The notes beneath the pieces were generated by a model that had not been told where the DNA came from, did not search any database, and saw only the letters and a list, made by a program, of their open reading frames with translations. A DNA stretch of 64,000 bases, from assembly GCA_964473865.1 (NCBI GenBank), contig CAYYQN010000003.1:2545-66544 (forward strand), written 5' to 3'. The DNA comes from an uncultured bacterium. GTDB taxonomy: Bacteria; Eisenbacteria; RBG-16-71-46; CAIMUX01. The position numbers and the translations under genes are program-made. This document shows positions 28,601 to 38,546 of this stretch, piece after piece (positions within the stretch are counted from its first letter, which is position 1; every line of letters begins with the position of its first letter).

Positions 28601-30714
28601 GATGGGTCGCCTTCGCCAGTTCCGTCGCCAGCTTCACCCGCTGCGCTTCGCCCCCGGATAGCGTGGTGGCGGGTTGACCCAGGGGCAGGTAACCCAATCC
28701 CAGATCGACCAGGGCGTTCAGGATGCGGGACAGCCTCCGCTGCTCTCGAAAGCGGTCAGCCGCTTCCTGGATGCTCCCCTCCAGGACATCGGCGATCGAC
28801 TGGCCCTGCACCTTCACCGACAACACATCGGGGTGAAAGCGCCGGCCCCCGCAGCGGTCGCAGGTCAAGGTCACCGCGCCCAGATAGCGCATCCCCACCT
28901 CGAGCGCACCGGCTCCTTCGCATGTCTCACAGCGACCACCGGGGGTGTTGAAGGAGAAATGCCCCTTGCTCAGGCCGAGCGCCTTCGCCTCGGGCGTGGT
29001 GGCGAAGAGGTCGCGCAGGGGGTCGAACGCCCCGGTGTAGGTCGCGGCGTTGGAGCGGGGTGTGCGGCCGATCGGCTCTGCGTCCACGGTCACGATGCGA
29101 CGGAAGGCGCCTTCGTCGCGTAATCGTTCCACCGCCGCGTCGAGGAGAGAGGTCTTTCCCGCGCCGGAAACTCCGGTGATCAGGTTGATCGCGCCAACCT
29201 TGATCTCGAGCATGGCGTTCGCGACGTTATGCCGGGACAGTCCGTCCAGGACGAGCCGAGACGCCCCGACCCGCGGCGCCGACGCCCGCGCGCGGCCGGC
29301 GGCCTCACCGGCCAGCCAGCGCCGCGTGGGCGTGTCCGGACCGCCGGCCGCGAGCAGCTCCGCCGGGCGACCACTCCAGAGCAGGTTCCCTCCGTCGCTT
29401 CCGGGACCCGGACCGAGGTCGACCAGCCAGTCGGCTTCCAGAGCCACCTGCCGATCATGATCCACGACCAGGACGCTCTGACCCCGATCACACAACCGGC
29501 GCAGGACTCCCAGGAGTCGGCCGATGTCGCGCGGATGCAGGCCGGCGCTCGGTTCGTCGAGCACCACCAACAGCCCGCGCAGCTCACCCAGGGCGAGGGT
29601 CAGCAAGCGCAGGCGCTGGAACTCCCCCAGCGAAAGCGATGGCGCGCTCCGGTCGAAGGTGAGATAGCCGACACCCAGCTCTTCCATCAGCTCGCAGCGG
29701 GCCACGAGGTCTCTCTGGATGGCGGCGAAGACCGGGTTTCCGTCCGTCACGCCGCCCAGGAATCCGGCCATCTCGCGAGCCGACCGGGCGGACAGCTCGG
29801 TGATCGGCTGCCCCTGCCATCTGACCGCCCGCGCCTGCGGTCCCAGACGGGTTCCGCCACACCCGCGGCAGGAGGTCGTCCGGACGAACCGCAGAATGGA
29901 ATCGTTGCGTTTTCCCCGCAGGATCTCTTCCATCACCGGCACCAGCCCGCGGTAGTAGTCCTCCTGGCGCGGGCGCGGGGTGATGCCGGTCCATCGCAGC
30001 CGACTCTCCAGCGGATGCTTGCCGAACGGCACGAGGAGGCGCCGCGATCCGTAGAGCACAACCTGCCGGACCTCTTCCGTCAGATCCTGCCAAGGGATGT
30101 CCACCGATCCGCCGTGGGCGCGGAGAACCGAATCCAGCACCGCCAGCGTGACTTGGGAGTACATCAGGTAGCCATTGGGCGTGCTGACGCGCAGCGCGCC
30201 GTCGCGCAGCGACTTCCCGGGGTCCGCCACCAGCAGATCCAGATCCAGTCGATCCTCGAGGCCCAACCCCTTGCAGTCCGGACAGGCGCCTTCACCTCCA
30301 TTGAAGGAGAACAGACCGCGGGAGAGCCTGACCTCCGCGGGGGCGTCGCCGAGTCGGGCATACAGCAAGCGAAGCAGGTCCCACACTTCGGTGAGCGTAC
30401 CCACCGTCGATCGCGGGTTGGACAGACTCGCCCGCTGCCCGATCGCGATCGCCGGGCCCAGACCATCGACGGCGCTGACATCCGGCCGGCGAAAGCCCCC
30501 CGCGAACTGCCGGGCATACGACGGCATCAACTCCAGGAAGCGTCTCTGCCCCTCCCGAAAGAGGGTGTCGAATGCCAGTGACGACTTGCCGGAGCCTGAG
30601 ACTCCGGTGACCACAATCAGCCGTCCCCGGGGAAGCGACAGATCGAGGTTTCGGAGGTTGTGCTCCCGCGCTCCGCGGATCACGATCGCTCGACCCGATG
30701 TCTGTTCGCTCATC
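25686..30714 (-). CDS. tandem-duplicated UvrA-like ABC ATPase (four nucleotide-binding domains, ~1,676 aa); UvrA paralog lacking an obvious UvrB-binding insert
   Basis: Four Walker A motifs (GVSGSGKSSL, GVSGAGKTSL, GPSGSGKSSL, GVSGSGKSTL). Four signature/Walker B pairs (LSLGEFQRLRL degenerate, then LSGGEAQRVKLA, LSGGEAQRVRLA, LSQGERQRIRLA, each with (A/L/V)LDEP). Cys4 zinc modules (CPDCKGLG, CETCEGAG...CDRCGGRRF, CEACAGRG...CETCGGRRF). I chose the start at MSEQTSGRAIVIRGAREHNL (ATG ~30714). The track start at 30830 adds 39 aa. Confidence 0.8.
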
Positions 30715-31082
30715 TTCTGCCTGATCCACAGCGTCCTCAGGTCAACCCCGGGCGGAGCGACGCGAGACGCGCGAGTGTCGAGACCCTCGCCTCCGGCGGC
30801 CCTCGAACCAGACGCAGAGCCGTTCGCCACTGAGGCTATGGATGGCCTCGGCGTGCGGCAAGGCCCTTTTCGAAACGGGAGGACGTTCCGCAGCGCGTCC
30901 CGAGCGGCGGGTCCTGCGGCACGCTACACCCGAGCTCGGACGTGCTCTTGAATGAGCGCCGGTCGGCCCGGAGTTGCGATCCCGGTTGCCTGGTTCGTCG
31001 GGGAGCCGGTACCATTCCTCCGGATTCGTGCACTGTGCGTCGGGTCCGTGAGTCGGCCCGGATCCGGGTTTGATGGGGGATC

Positions 31083-32573
31083 ATGCCTCGATACCATTCT
31101 CCGTGGGTGCGACGCGGCATGGTCGCCTTCCTGGCCTTGGGCTTGCTGGGTCCGGCTCTCGCGATTCTCGGGCCCTGCTCCATCGCGTGGGCCCAATCCA
31201 ATCCGGCCTCGTCCGGGCTCCAATCCGATCCGTCCACCCCCGGCGCCTATTCCGCTCCTTCCGGAGGCTCCGCCTCCGGACATCCGCCGGCCGGGCATTC
31301 GCTGGGCGACTCGCTTCCGCTGGGCTGGATTCTACCCTTCGTGCTGTTGCTGCTCGCCGTCGCAGTTCTTCCCCTGACGGCAGAACACTGGTGGAAACGG
31401 CTCGGGAGCAAAGCGGCGGTTTCCGTGGTACTGGCGGCCCCCGTGGCCGGCTTCTTTCTCGCACGCGAGCCGCATGAGCTGGTGCTGGTGGCCCGGGATT
31501 ACCTCGCGTTCATGGCGCTGCTCGGAAGTCTCTTCGTGATTGCGGGGGGGATTCTCATCCGAGGCGACCTGCGCGCCACCCCGGCGGTGAACACCGCCTT
31601 TCTCGCGGTGGGCGCCGTCCTGGCCAATTTCGTCGGTACGACCGGAGCCGGCGTGCTCCTCATCCGGCCGCTCCTGGAGACAAACTCGGAGCGGAAGCGA
31701 GTTTCGCACCTGCCGATCTTCTTCATCTTCCTGGTGTGCAATGTCGGCGGCTGCCTGACGCCATTGGGCGATCCTCCGCTCTTTCTCGGGTTCCTGGAAG
31801 GTGTGCCGTTTGCCTGGACGCTGCAGCTCCTCCCGGAATGGGCGTTCATGGTGGCCGCCCTGTTGACGATCTTCTACTTCGCCGACCGCTACGCCATCCG
31901 GCACGAGACGGCGGCGGCACTCCGCCTCGATCGCCGGCGGACCCGCCCCCTGCGCGTGTTCGGAGCGCACAATCTCGTCTTCCTGCTGGGCGTGTTGCTG
32001 GCCGTGCTGCTCGTTCGTTCCGAGCTTCCACGAGTGCTCCTGATGCTGGCCATGGGAGCCGGGAGCTACTTCACGACCAGGCGGGAGATCCACCGCGGCA
32101 ACCAGTTCTCGTTCTATCCGATCAACGAGGTGGCGATCGTCTTCGCGGGAATCTTCGTCACCATGGTGCCGGCACTCCTCATCCTTCAATCCCGCGGCGC
32201 AAGTCTCGGGATCGACCAGCCCTGGCAGTTCTTCTGGCTCACGGGAGGGCTCTCCTCGTTCCTCGACAACGCCCCGACCTACCTGACGTTTTCGCGACTG
32301 GCGCTCAGCGTGGCGGGCCTGGCCCCGGAACCGCCGGGGCCCCTCTCGGTACTCGTGCACCACGAGACTGGAGCGGCGCTTCTGCGCGCCATCAGCCTCG
32401 GCGCGGTCTTCATGGGGGCCAACACCTACATCGGGAATGGTCCGAACTTCATGATCAAGGCGATCGTCGAGCACCGGAAGATCCGGATGCCCAGCTTCTT
32501 CGGCTACATGCTCTGGTCGGCCGGAATCCTGGTGCCGCTCTTCCTGCTCGTAACGGCGATCTTTCTGCTCTAG
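31083..32573 (+). CDS. polytopic ion transporter of the ArsB/NhaD-like permease superfamily (putative Na+/H+ antiporter)
   Basis: About 12 predicted TM helices with duplicated-half architecture. Conserved GxxLxxFLDNAPTYLTF-type motif. The family call is tentative. Confidence 0.45.
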   Translation: MPRYHSPWVRRGMVAFLALGLLGPALAILGPCSIAWAQSNPASSGLQSDPSTPGAYSAPSGGSASGHPPAGHSLGDSLPLGWILPFVLLLLAVAVLPLTAEHWWKRLGSKAAVSVVLAAPVAGFFLAREPHELVLVARDYLAFMALLGSLFVIAGGILIRGDLRATPAVNTAFLAVGAVLANFVGTTGAGVLLIRPLLETNSERKRVSHLPIFFIFLVCNVGGCLTPLGDPPLFLGFLEGVPFAWTLQLLPEWAFMVAALLTIFYFADRYAIRHETAAALRLDRRRTRPLRVFGAHNLVFLLGVLLAVLLVRSELPRVLLMLAMGAGSYFTTRREIHRGNQFSFYPINEVAIVFAGIFVTMVPALLILQSRGASLGIDQPWQFFWLTGGLSSFLDNAPTYLTFSRLALSVAGLAPEPPGPLSVLVHHETGAALLRAISLGAVFMGANTYIGNGPNFMIKAIVEHRKIRMPSFFGYMLWSAGILVPLFLLVTAIFLL

Positions 32574-32616
32574 AGTAGGCCTGATCAGGGACCGGCACGG
32601 AGGCACGATTCGCACG

Positions 32617-33432
32617 ATGGAGTGGTACTACCTCAGAGACGGAAAGACCATGGGGCCGGTGTCCGAGGTGTCGATCCGGGCCTGGCTCGAATCCGGATTC
32701 CTCCTGCCCGACGACCTGCTTTGGCGCGCGGGAATGGCCCAATGGCTGCCGGTTGTCGAACTGCCCGAGTTCGGAGGATCCGGCGGCGATGGACGCGCCG
32801 CCGGTCTCGAAGAAGGACGCGAGGCAGTCGATTCGCATCCCGAGGGCTCATCTCCCGAAGCCTCGGAAGGACCCGACCTGGCGTCCGCCGGCCCGAGCGG
32901 TATCGGGCCCTCCTCGGCGTCCGGGCAGGCGGTCGGCGGCCCGGCCTCCGAACATGGTCGCGGCCGCGCCGGTCCCGGTCCCTGGGGAGTTCCAGCCTCG
33001 GGGTGGTCAGCGGTTCCGGAGGTCTACGCCAACCTGTGGGCCAGGGCCGGAGCGGCGGCGATCGACCTGATGCTTCTCGTTGCGGCCGTGCTCCTCGTCT
33101 TCCGTCCCGAGTTGCCCACCAGCGGCACGATCGAGGACATGGCAAAGCTCAACCCCGCGATCACGCCGGTCTTCATGGCTTTGGCGTGGCTCTACTTCGG
33201 CCTGCTGGAAGGCTCCGCGCTGCAAGCCTCCCTGGGGAAGCTGGCCTTCGGACTCAAGGTCACGGATCTCGAAGGCAACCGGCTCCTGCTGGGCCGGTCC
33301 ATGATGCGTGGGTTGCTCAAGGTCGTGTTCATGGAGATCACCGCGTTCCTGAGCTTCCTCCCCGCCGCGTTCACTGCCCGGCGTCAGGCGTTGCACGACA
33401 TCGTGGCCGGATCGACGGTGCTGGTGCGGTAA
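32617..33432 (+). CDS. RDD-family membrane protein with N-terminal DUF4339 (GYF-like) domain
   Basis: MEWYYLRDGKTMGPVSEVSIRAWLESGFLLPDDLLWRAGMAQWLPV is a DUF4339 signature. A Gly/Ser-rich linker follows, then the RDD domain (WARAGAAAIDLMLLVAAVLLVF, TM helices, ALHD). Confidence 0.7.
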   Translation: MEWYYLRDGKTMGPVSEVSIRAWLESGFLLPDDLLWRAGMAQWLPVVELPEFGGSGGDGRAAGLEEGREAVDSHPEGSSPEASEGPDLASAGPSGIGPSSASGQAVGGPASEHGRGRAGPGPWGVPASGWSAVPEVYANLWARAGAAAIDLMLLVAAVLLVFRPELPTSGTIEDMAKLNPAITPVFMALAWLYFGLLEGSALQASLGKLAFGLKVTDLEGNRLLLGRSMMRGLLKVVFMEITAFLSFLPAAFTARRQALHDIVAGSTVLVR

Positions 33433-33455
33433 CGGAAGATCGGACTTCGCGGCCC

Positions 33456-34559
33456 CTACCCTTCGACGCGGCAGTGCCTCCGGGCCACCAACCAGACGAG
33501 AAACGGAGCGCCCAGCGCTGAGGTCACGGCTCCAACCGGAATCTCCAGCGGCGCGGCAACGGTCCGCGCCAGCGCGTCCGCCGCCACGGTAAGTGCCGCT
33601 CCGAGCAGCACTGATCCCGGCAACACATAGCGATGATCAGGCGTCCGCAGTACACCTCGGACCAGGTGCGGAACCATGAGCCCGACGAAGCCGACCATCC
33701 CGCACGCCGCCACCGAAGTCGCCGCCAACAGCGAGGATAGAACCAGGATCCAGCGACGCACCGCGCGCACGGGGCAACCGAGGCTCTGGGCGACGTCGTC
33801 CCCCCACAGAAGAAGGTTCAGGTCGCGCCCCAGGAGGAGCGCTCCCCCTCCCCCCACGAGCAACGCCGCCGACAACGCCCACGCATGCGACCACTCCGCC
33901 GCCGAGAACGTTCCCAGCATCCAGGTCAGAGCCGCCTGGATTCCCTCGCGGCTGAAGACCAGAAGAACCGAGGTGAGGGCAGAGAAGACCGAACCGACCG
34001 CGATGCCGATGAGCAGGAGTCCCTCCGACTGGAGGAACCGGATCCGTCCGGCCAGGGCGTAGACCAGGGCCACCGCGCCGATCCCGCCAGCGAACGCGGC
34101 CACGGCCGCCGAGTCGAACGGTCCCCAACGAAAGGCAAGTCCCAGGGTCATCGCGGCGACAGCGGTCAATCCGGCGCCGGAGCTGACGCCAACAACGTAA
34201 GGTCCGGCCATCGGATTCTGGAAGAAGGCCTGCAGCAGCACGCCGCTCAGCGCGAGGGTTGCGCCCGAGAGCGCGCCGACCACAACGCGCGGAAGACGCA
34301 GCTCGATGAGGATCCGGCTGACCGGATCCGGTGAAGCCGCATGCCGCAGAAAGGTGAACAGCCGTCCCGGGGAGATCGGCGCCGCGCCAAGCAACAGCGC
34401 GGTCACCAGCACCACCACGAGGATCCCGGCCAGAAGAAGCAGCCGCCGGAACTGCACCGATCCGTGGGAGGCTCCCCACGACGAGTCTGACGCCCCGCGG
34501 CCCGCGAGATGCGTCACCGATTCGGTGTCCCCGGAGGTTCGCGTTTCATCGGGGGTCAA
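33456..34559 (-). CDS. FecCD/BtuC-family ABC transporter permease (iron-siderophore/cobalamin type)
   Basis: About 9 TM helices. Motifs LRLPRVVVGALSGATLALSGVLLQ and LLWGDDVAQSLG are typical of FecCD permeases. Confidence 0.8.
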   Translation of the reverse strand: MTPDETRTSGDTESVTHLAGRGASDSSWGASHGSVQFRRLLLLAGILVVVLVTALLLGAAPISPGRLFTFLRHAASPDPVSRILIELRLPRVVVGALSGATLALSGVLLQAFFQNPMAGPYVVGVSSGAGLTAVAAMTLGLAFRWGPFDSAAVAAFAGGIGAVALVYALAGRIRFLQSEGLLLIGIAVGSVFSALTSVLLVFSREGIQAALTWMLGTFSAAEWSHAWALSAALLVGGGGALLLGRDLNLLLWGDDVAQSLGCPVRAVRRWILVLSSLLAATSVAACGMVGFVGLMVPHLVRGVLRTPDHRYVLPGSVLLGAALTVAADALARTVAAPLEIPVGAVTSALGAPFLVWLVARRHCRVEG

Positions 34560-35695
34560 GGGGCCTCCGAGAGCCGATCGCTCGATGTCCGTCCCGCTCG
34601 CCCCGGGCGGGGCCGGTCAGGATGGAGGGTCGACGCGAGTTCCTCCAGCACGCCGACCAGTCTCGGTCCCGGCCGCTGCAGGCGGGCCGCCCGAATCCAA
34701 CAGATCCGTCGGTCCCGCAAAGCCTCCAGCGCCGGCCAACCTGGGGTGCCCATCAACGCGCGATACGCCGCTTCCGCCTCCTTCCCCTCCGGCAGAGCGA
34801 GAAGAAGGAACCGGGGTTGATCCAGGATGATCCTTTCCAGCGACATCTGCGGCCAGCCGGGAAGAGCTCCCGCCAGATTCACGCCTCCCGCCAACCGCAC
34901 CAGGTCGTCGATGTGCGAGCCGCGGCCCGCAGTCCACGTTGGAAACTCAGGGTCGGCATAGTAGACAGTCGGTCGCTCCGCAGCCGGAATCGATGCGGAC
35001 CAGGCCTCGTACGCGGAGAGAACCTCGGCAAAAGCCGAGACGACCGCGTCGGCGCGCGCTGAGTCGTCGGGGCACGCCACGGAGCGGACCGCTTCCATCA
35101 TGGTTCCGATGCCGCGCAGTCCGGTCCGGTCCTCAAGCGCAAACACCGGCAGACCAAGCCGGCGCAGCTGCCCGAGAATCGGCCGGGGATTGCCCCGCAC
35201 GGCCAGCACAAGATCGGGTCCTTGGGCGGCGATCCTCTCGAGTGAAGGATCGACGATTCCGCCCACGATGGGCCGGCGTCGCGCCGCCGGCGGCTCGTCA
35301 CAGAACCGGGTCACCCCGGAGATCCGGCTCGAGTCGACTCCGAGTGCGAAGAGAATCTCGGTGATGCTTGGGGACAGCGACACGATGCGCTCCGGACACG
35401 GCCCGCCAGTCATCGTGTCCCCGAAGGCATCGATCATGGCAGGTCGAACTCGCGCTGGGGCAATACCCATGGACATGGCAGTCGCCTGACCTGTTTGTGC
35501 AGCATCCGGCGCGGTGGCAAGGAGGTCGCCGGGAGTGGCGGCCGGGGTGGCAGCCGCGGCGATCTGGATCGCGGCCACGGTGGCGAGCAGGCACGCGACG
35601 GTCCCGTCTGCGGGGCGGAGTGACTGCCGATCCCGTGGGGTCGCGTCCGGGAGCCGGTGAGAGGAACCGGCAGGGCCGTTTCGATGCCGGGTCAC
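34556..35695 (-). CDS. ABC transporter periplasmic substrate-binding protein (BtuF/FecB class III); start uncertain
   Basis: RIVSLSPSITEILFALG, LVLAVRGNP and YYADPEFPTW match a cluster A-2 SBP fold. The track ORF (to 35941) overlaps the upstream ATPase gene. A plausible start is the GTG overlapping the ATPase stop (GTGA at ~35693). Alternatively the start is at MSMGIAP further in. Confidence 0.6.
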   Translation of the reverse strand: MTRHRNGPAGSSHRLPDATPRDRQSLRPADGTVACLLATVAAIQIAAAATPAATPGDLLATAPDAAQTGQATAMSMGIAPARVRPAMIDAFGDTMTGGPCPERIVSLSPSITEILFALGVDSSRISGVTRFCDEPPAARRRPIVGGIVDPSLERIAAQGPDLVLAVRGNPRPILGQLRRLGLPVFALEDRTGLRGIGTMMEAVRSVACPDDSARADAVVSAFAEVLSAYEAWSASIPAAERPTVYYADPEFPTWTAGRGSHIDDLVRLAGGVNLAGALPGWPQMSLERIILDQPRFLLLALPEGKEAEAAYRALMGTPGWPALEALRDRRICWIRAARLQRPGPRLVGVLEELASTLHPDRPRPGRAGRTSSDRLSEAP

Positions 35696-36552
35696 TCCGG
35701 TGCTCCCGTGTGCTTCGTCTCGAACCGCCAGGTCACGCGTGGACGCCCCGTGTTCGGATCCACCTCCGCGCGCAGGGGTGTCCGGAACACCGGCTCCAGA
35801 TTCGCAGGAGTCAACACGGCTCCGGGCGGGCCCTCTGCGACCACCCGCCCTTGATCCATCAGGAGAAGGCGGTCGCAGAAAGCCGCCTGGAGATCGATGT
35901 GATGGTCGGCCACAACGGCCCCGACCTGGTGCTGGCGACACAACTCGCGGATCTGTTCGTAGATGTGCCGCTGGTATCCGAGGTCGAGGCTGGCCACCGG
36001 CTCATCGAGGAGGAGAACCCTGGCCTCCTGGGCGAGCGCCCGCGCGAGCAGGGCACGCTGCCACTCCCCCCCGCTCAGCGTGCCCACCGCCCGGTTGCGT
36101 AGTGCCGAAAGTCCGACGCCGATCAGGGCGCGCTCTACGACTTCCCCATCCTCCTTCCGCTCCCGCCAGGCTCGTCCTCGATGAGGATGCCTTCCAAGAG
36201 ACACCATTTCGCTAACTGTCCATTCGAAGGGGGTTTCCGCGCGCTGTGGAACCCAGGCCACCCACCTGGCCCGGTCTCGGGGAGACACCTTCTCCACTGG
36301 TTGTCCACAGATGTAGACAACCCCTCGCAGAGGTGTCGCCAACCCTGCCATGACCCGAAGGTATGTCGACTTTCCGGCGCCATTCGGGCCGAGCAGACCA
36401 ACGAGTTCTCCCGCAAGGAGTTCCAGCCGCTCTACCGACAGAAACGGCCTCCCGCCAAACCCGAAACCGATCCCCTCCGCCACGAGCAACAACTCGCCAT
36501 CGCGGGAAGAGCTCAGGCTGTAACACGTTGATTTAGATCGGGTTATGTCCAT
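35692..36552 (-). CDS. ABC transporter ATP-binding protein (FecE/BtuD-like)
   Basis: GPNGAGKST (Walker A), LSGGEWQRALLARAL (signature), LLLDEP (Walker B), H-loop. I prefer the MDITRSKST start at ~36552. The track start at 36636 would overlap the divergent DUF5658 gene. Confidence 0.8.
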   Translation of the reverse strand: MDITRSKSTCYSLSSSRDGELLLVAEGIGFGFGGRPFLSVERLELLAGELVGLLGPNGAGKSTYLRVMAGLATPLRGVVYICGQPVEKVSPRDRARWVAWVPQRAETPFEWTVSEMVSLGRHPHRGRAWRERKEDGEVVERALIGVGLSALRNRAVGTLSGGEWQRALLARALAQEARVLLLDEPVASLDLGYQRHIYEQIRELCRQHQVGAVVADHHIDLQAAFCDRLLLMDQGRVVAEGPPGAVLTPANLEPVFRTPLRAEVDPNTGRPRVTWRFETKHTGAPE

Positions 36553-36616
36553 TATTCTTGCTTCGCGGGGTGGCCCGTTGATGCCTCCCTCGTCTTCAAG
36601 TAGAATAGGAGGTGTC

Positions 36617-37084
36617 ATGCAAGCGGTCGACACCATAAGGCGCCAGGGACACGACCGCAGACGGCGTCCGACGCCGGCGCTGAGTCGCTACACCTTTCTT
36701 GGCGGCCGACGCCGAGGTCCTCGCCGAACCACCGATCCCCAAGCGGTTTACGTGGATCAACTGGGCTGGGGGCTTGTCTCGATCCTACTCCTGATCTTCG
36801 TCTTCCACGTCCTGGATGCCATGTTCACGCTGGCCCACATCGCCCGCGGGGGCACCGAGCTGAACCCGTTCATGGACTTCTTCCTCAGCCGGAGTCCCGC
36901 GACGTTCGTGGCGGCCAAACTGGGTATCGCGGGCCTGGGACTCCTCTTTCTGGCGTTTCACGGCCGGTTTCCCATGGTGCGTAAGGGAATCGCCGTGATC
37001 TTCCTGCTTTACGCCGGAGTCGTCTGCTATCACTTCGTTCTGATCTGGCGGGCCGGAGCTCCACTCTGGCCGACGATCGTCTGA
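36617..37084 (+). CDS. DUF5658-family small membrane protein with Arg-rich N-terminal tail
   Basis: GGAGG sits 5 nt before ATG (MQAVDTIRRQGHDRRRRPTPALSRYTFLGGRRRGPRRTTDP...). Then 3-4 TM helices with the conserved HVLDAMFTLAHIARGGTELNPFM motif (D..T......G..E.NP) of DUF5658. The track ORF start at 36545 is an upstream extension. Confidence 0.55.
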   Translation: MQAVDTIRRQGHDRRRRPTPALSRYTFLGGRRRGPRRTTDPQAVYVDQLGWGLVSILLLIFVFHVLDAMFTLAHIARGGTELNPFMDFFLSRSPATFVAAKLGIAGLGLLFLAFHGRFPMVRKGIAVIFLLYAGVVCYHFVLIWRAGAPLWPTIV

Positions 37085-37126
37085 GCCGACCCGGGACCGC
37101 CCGCCCCGGATCCGGACCGACCCGCC

Positions 37127-37690
37127 CTAGAACTGCACCTTGGGAGCCTGGTCCGCCCCGGCCTGAGCCTCGAAGAGCGTCGCCCCCTTGAATCCGAGGA
37201 ACCTACCGAAGACGTTGGTGGGAAAACGGCGCAGCTGAACGTTGTAGTCCCGCGCAATCTCGTTGTAGCGCCGCCGCTCTACCGCGATCCGGTTCTCAGT
37301 ACCGGCCAGTTCGTCCTGCAAGCGTATGAAGGTCTGGTCGGCCTTCAGGTTCGGGTACTGCTCGACCACCACGAGGAGCCGCGAGAGGGCGCCCGACAGT
37401 TGATCGTTGGCGTTGATCTTCTCTTCCGGGGTGCCGGCCCCAGCCACACGTGAACGTGCCTGGACCACAGCCTCGAGCGTCTCGCGCTCGTGCGCCGCGT
37501 AGCCTTTGACGGTTTCCACAAGATTCGGAATGAGGTCCATCCGGCGCTGAAACTGGTTCTCCACCTGTGCCCAGGCTGCCTTCACTCCTTCGTCGCTCTT
37601 CACCAGCCCATTGTAGATGCGGATACCGGAGAGAACGACGACAACCACGAGACCAACAAGAACCGCGAGAGAACATCCAAACCTCTTCAT
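37127..37690 (-). CDS. lemA: LemA-family protein
   Basis: A GGAGGAG RBS precedes the MKRFGCSLAVLVGLVVVVVLSGIRIYNGLV start. N-terminal TM, then NGLVKSDEGVKAAWAQVENQFQRRMDLIPNLVETVKGYAAHE...EQYPNLKADQ is a textbook LemA signature. Confidence 0.85.
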   Translation of the reverse strand: MKRFGCSLAVLVGLVVVVVLSGIRIYNGLVKSDEGVKAAWAQVENQFQRRMDLIPNLVETVKGYAAHERETLEAVVQARSRVAGAGTPEEKINANDQLSGALSRLLVVVEQYPNLKADQTFIRLQDELAGTENRIAVERRRYNEIARDYNVQLRRFPTNVFGRFLGFKGATLFEAQAGADQAPKVQF

Positions 37691-37745
37691 CTGGCTCCTC
37701 CTCTGAAGTGGGCCCGGCACGGGTGACGCCGTGAAACCCCTTCTC

Positions 37746-38465
37746 TCACCACTGGTCGACCTCTTCAGACAGACGTGTCAGTACCTCCAGCAACCGTCCA
37801 AACTGCGCGTTCGCCACGTGGCGAGCCGGTGTCGTGCGGGAGAGACGCATGGCGTGAAGCTCGGCAAGAAGATCCGGCGGTACAGGCAAGAGCTCGGAGC
37901 AAGCCTTCCACGCCGGATCTCCTTCTTCCCGCCAGGGTCCTCCCTTCAGAAAGAGAAGTCCGCGGAAGATGGCCAGCAATGACGGCCAGCCCCGATCGAG
38001 AATCTGCTTGAGCCGTTTTGGCGCGCCTTCGCTCTCGATGTAGGCCCGGCGGACGAGCAGCAGCTTTGACCGAATCTCCCGTTCGCACTGCAGACGGACA
38101 TGCTCTGTCTGGAAGGAGAGTCCCGCCAGAGGATCGTCCCCGTGCAGCACCCGGTACCGCGCGGTCATCGACAGGAATTCCAGGGGCCACGAATCCAGGG
38201 CCCGGGCGATGAAGACTGGACGTACCACCAGGGGAGCGGAGATCCGGCGCCGGCGCCACTTCCCGGCCAGCGCCGCGAAACGCTCCAGGAGAGCAAGGTC
38301 CACTGGATCGGCCACGATCAGGAAGTTGTAGTCGGAGACACCGGGACGGAACTGCGGTCCCAGGGCGCTGCCGTATGCCACCACTGAACGGAGCGAATCT
38401 CCGGCACGCTCGCGAACGCCCTCGACGAATCCGCCGAAGACCGTTTCGTGGTCCGCCATGGTCAT
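37746..38465 (-). CDS. nucleotidyltransferase-fold protein (KNTase-like; catalytic triad apparently degenerate: GS-x11-SDYN)
   Basis: SLRSVVAYGSALGPQFRPGVSDYNFLIVAD fits the polymerase-beta-type NTase GS...DxD motif with the second Asp replaced by Asn. A ~130-aa helical C-terminal domain follows. It is wedged between lemA and a TPM gene. Confidence 0.5.
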   Translation of the reverse strand: MTMADHETVFGGFVEGVRERAGDSLRSVVAYGSALGPQFRPGVSDYNFLIVADPVDLALLERFAALAGKWRRRRISAPLVVRPVFIARALDSWPLEFLSMTARYRVLHGDDPLAGLSFQTEHVRLQCEREIRSKLLLVRRAYIESEGAPKRLKQILDRGWPSLLAIFRGLLFLKGGPWREEGDPAWKACSELLPVPPDLLAELHAMRLSRTTPARHVANAQFGRLLEVLTRLSEEVDQW

Positions 38466-38546
38466 TCTCCTCCATCGCGCGGACCTCGAGATTCCCGGGT
38501 CGTCGCATTCGTCTCTGCGGCAGATCCCGGCTCCCGACGGCCTCGC

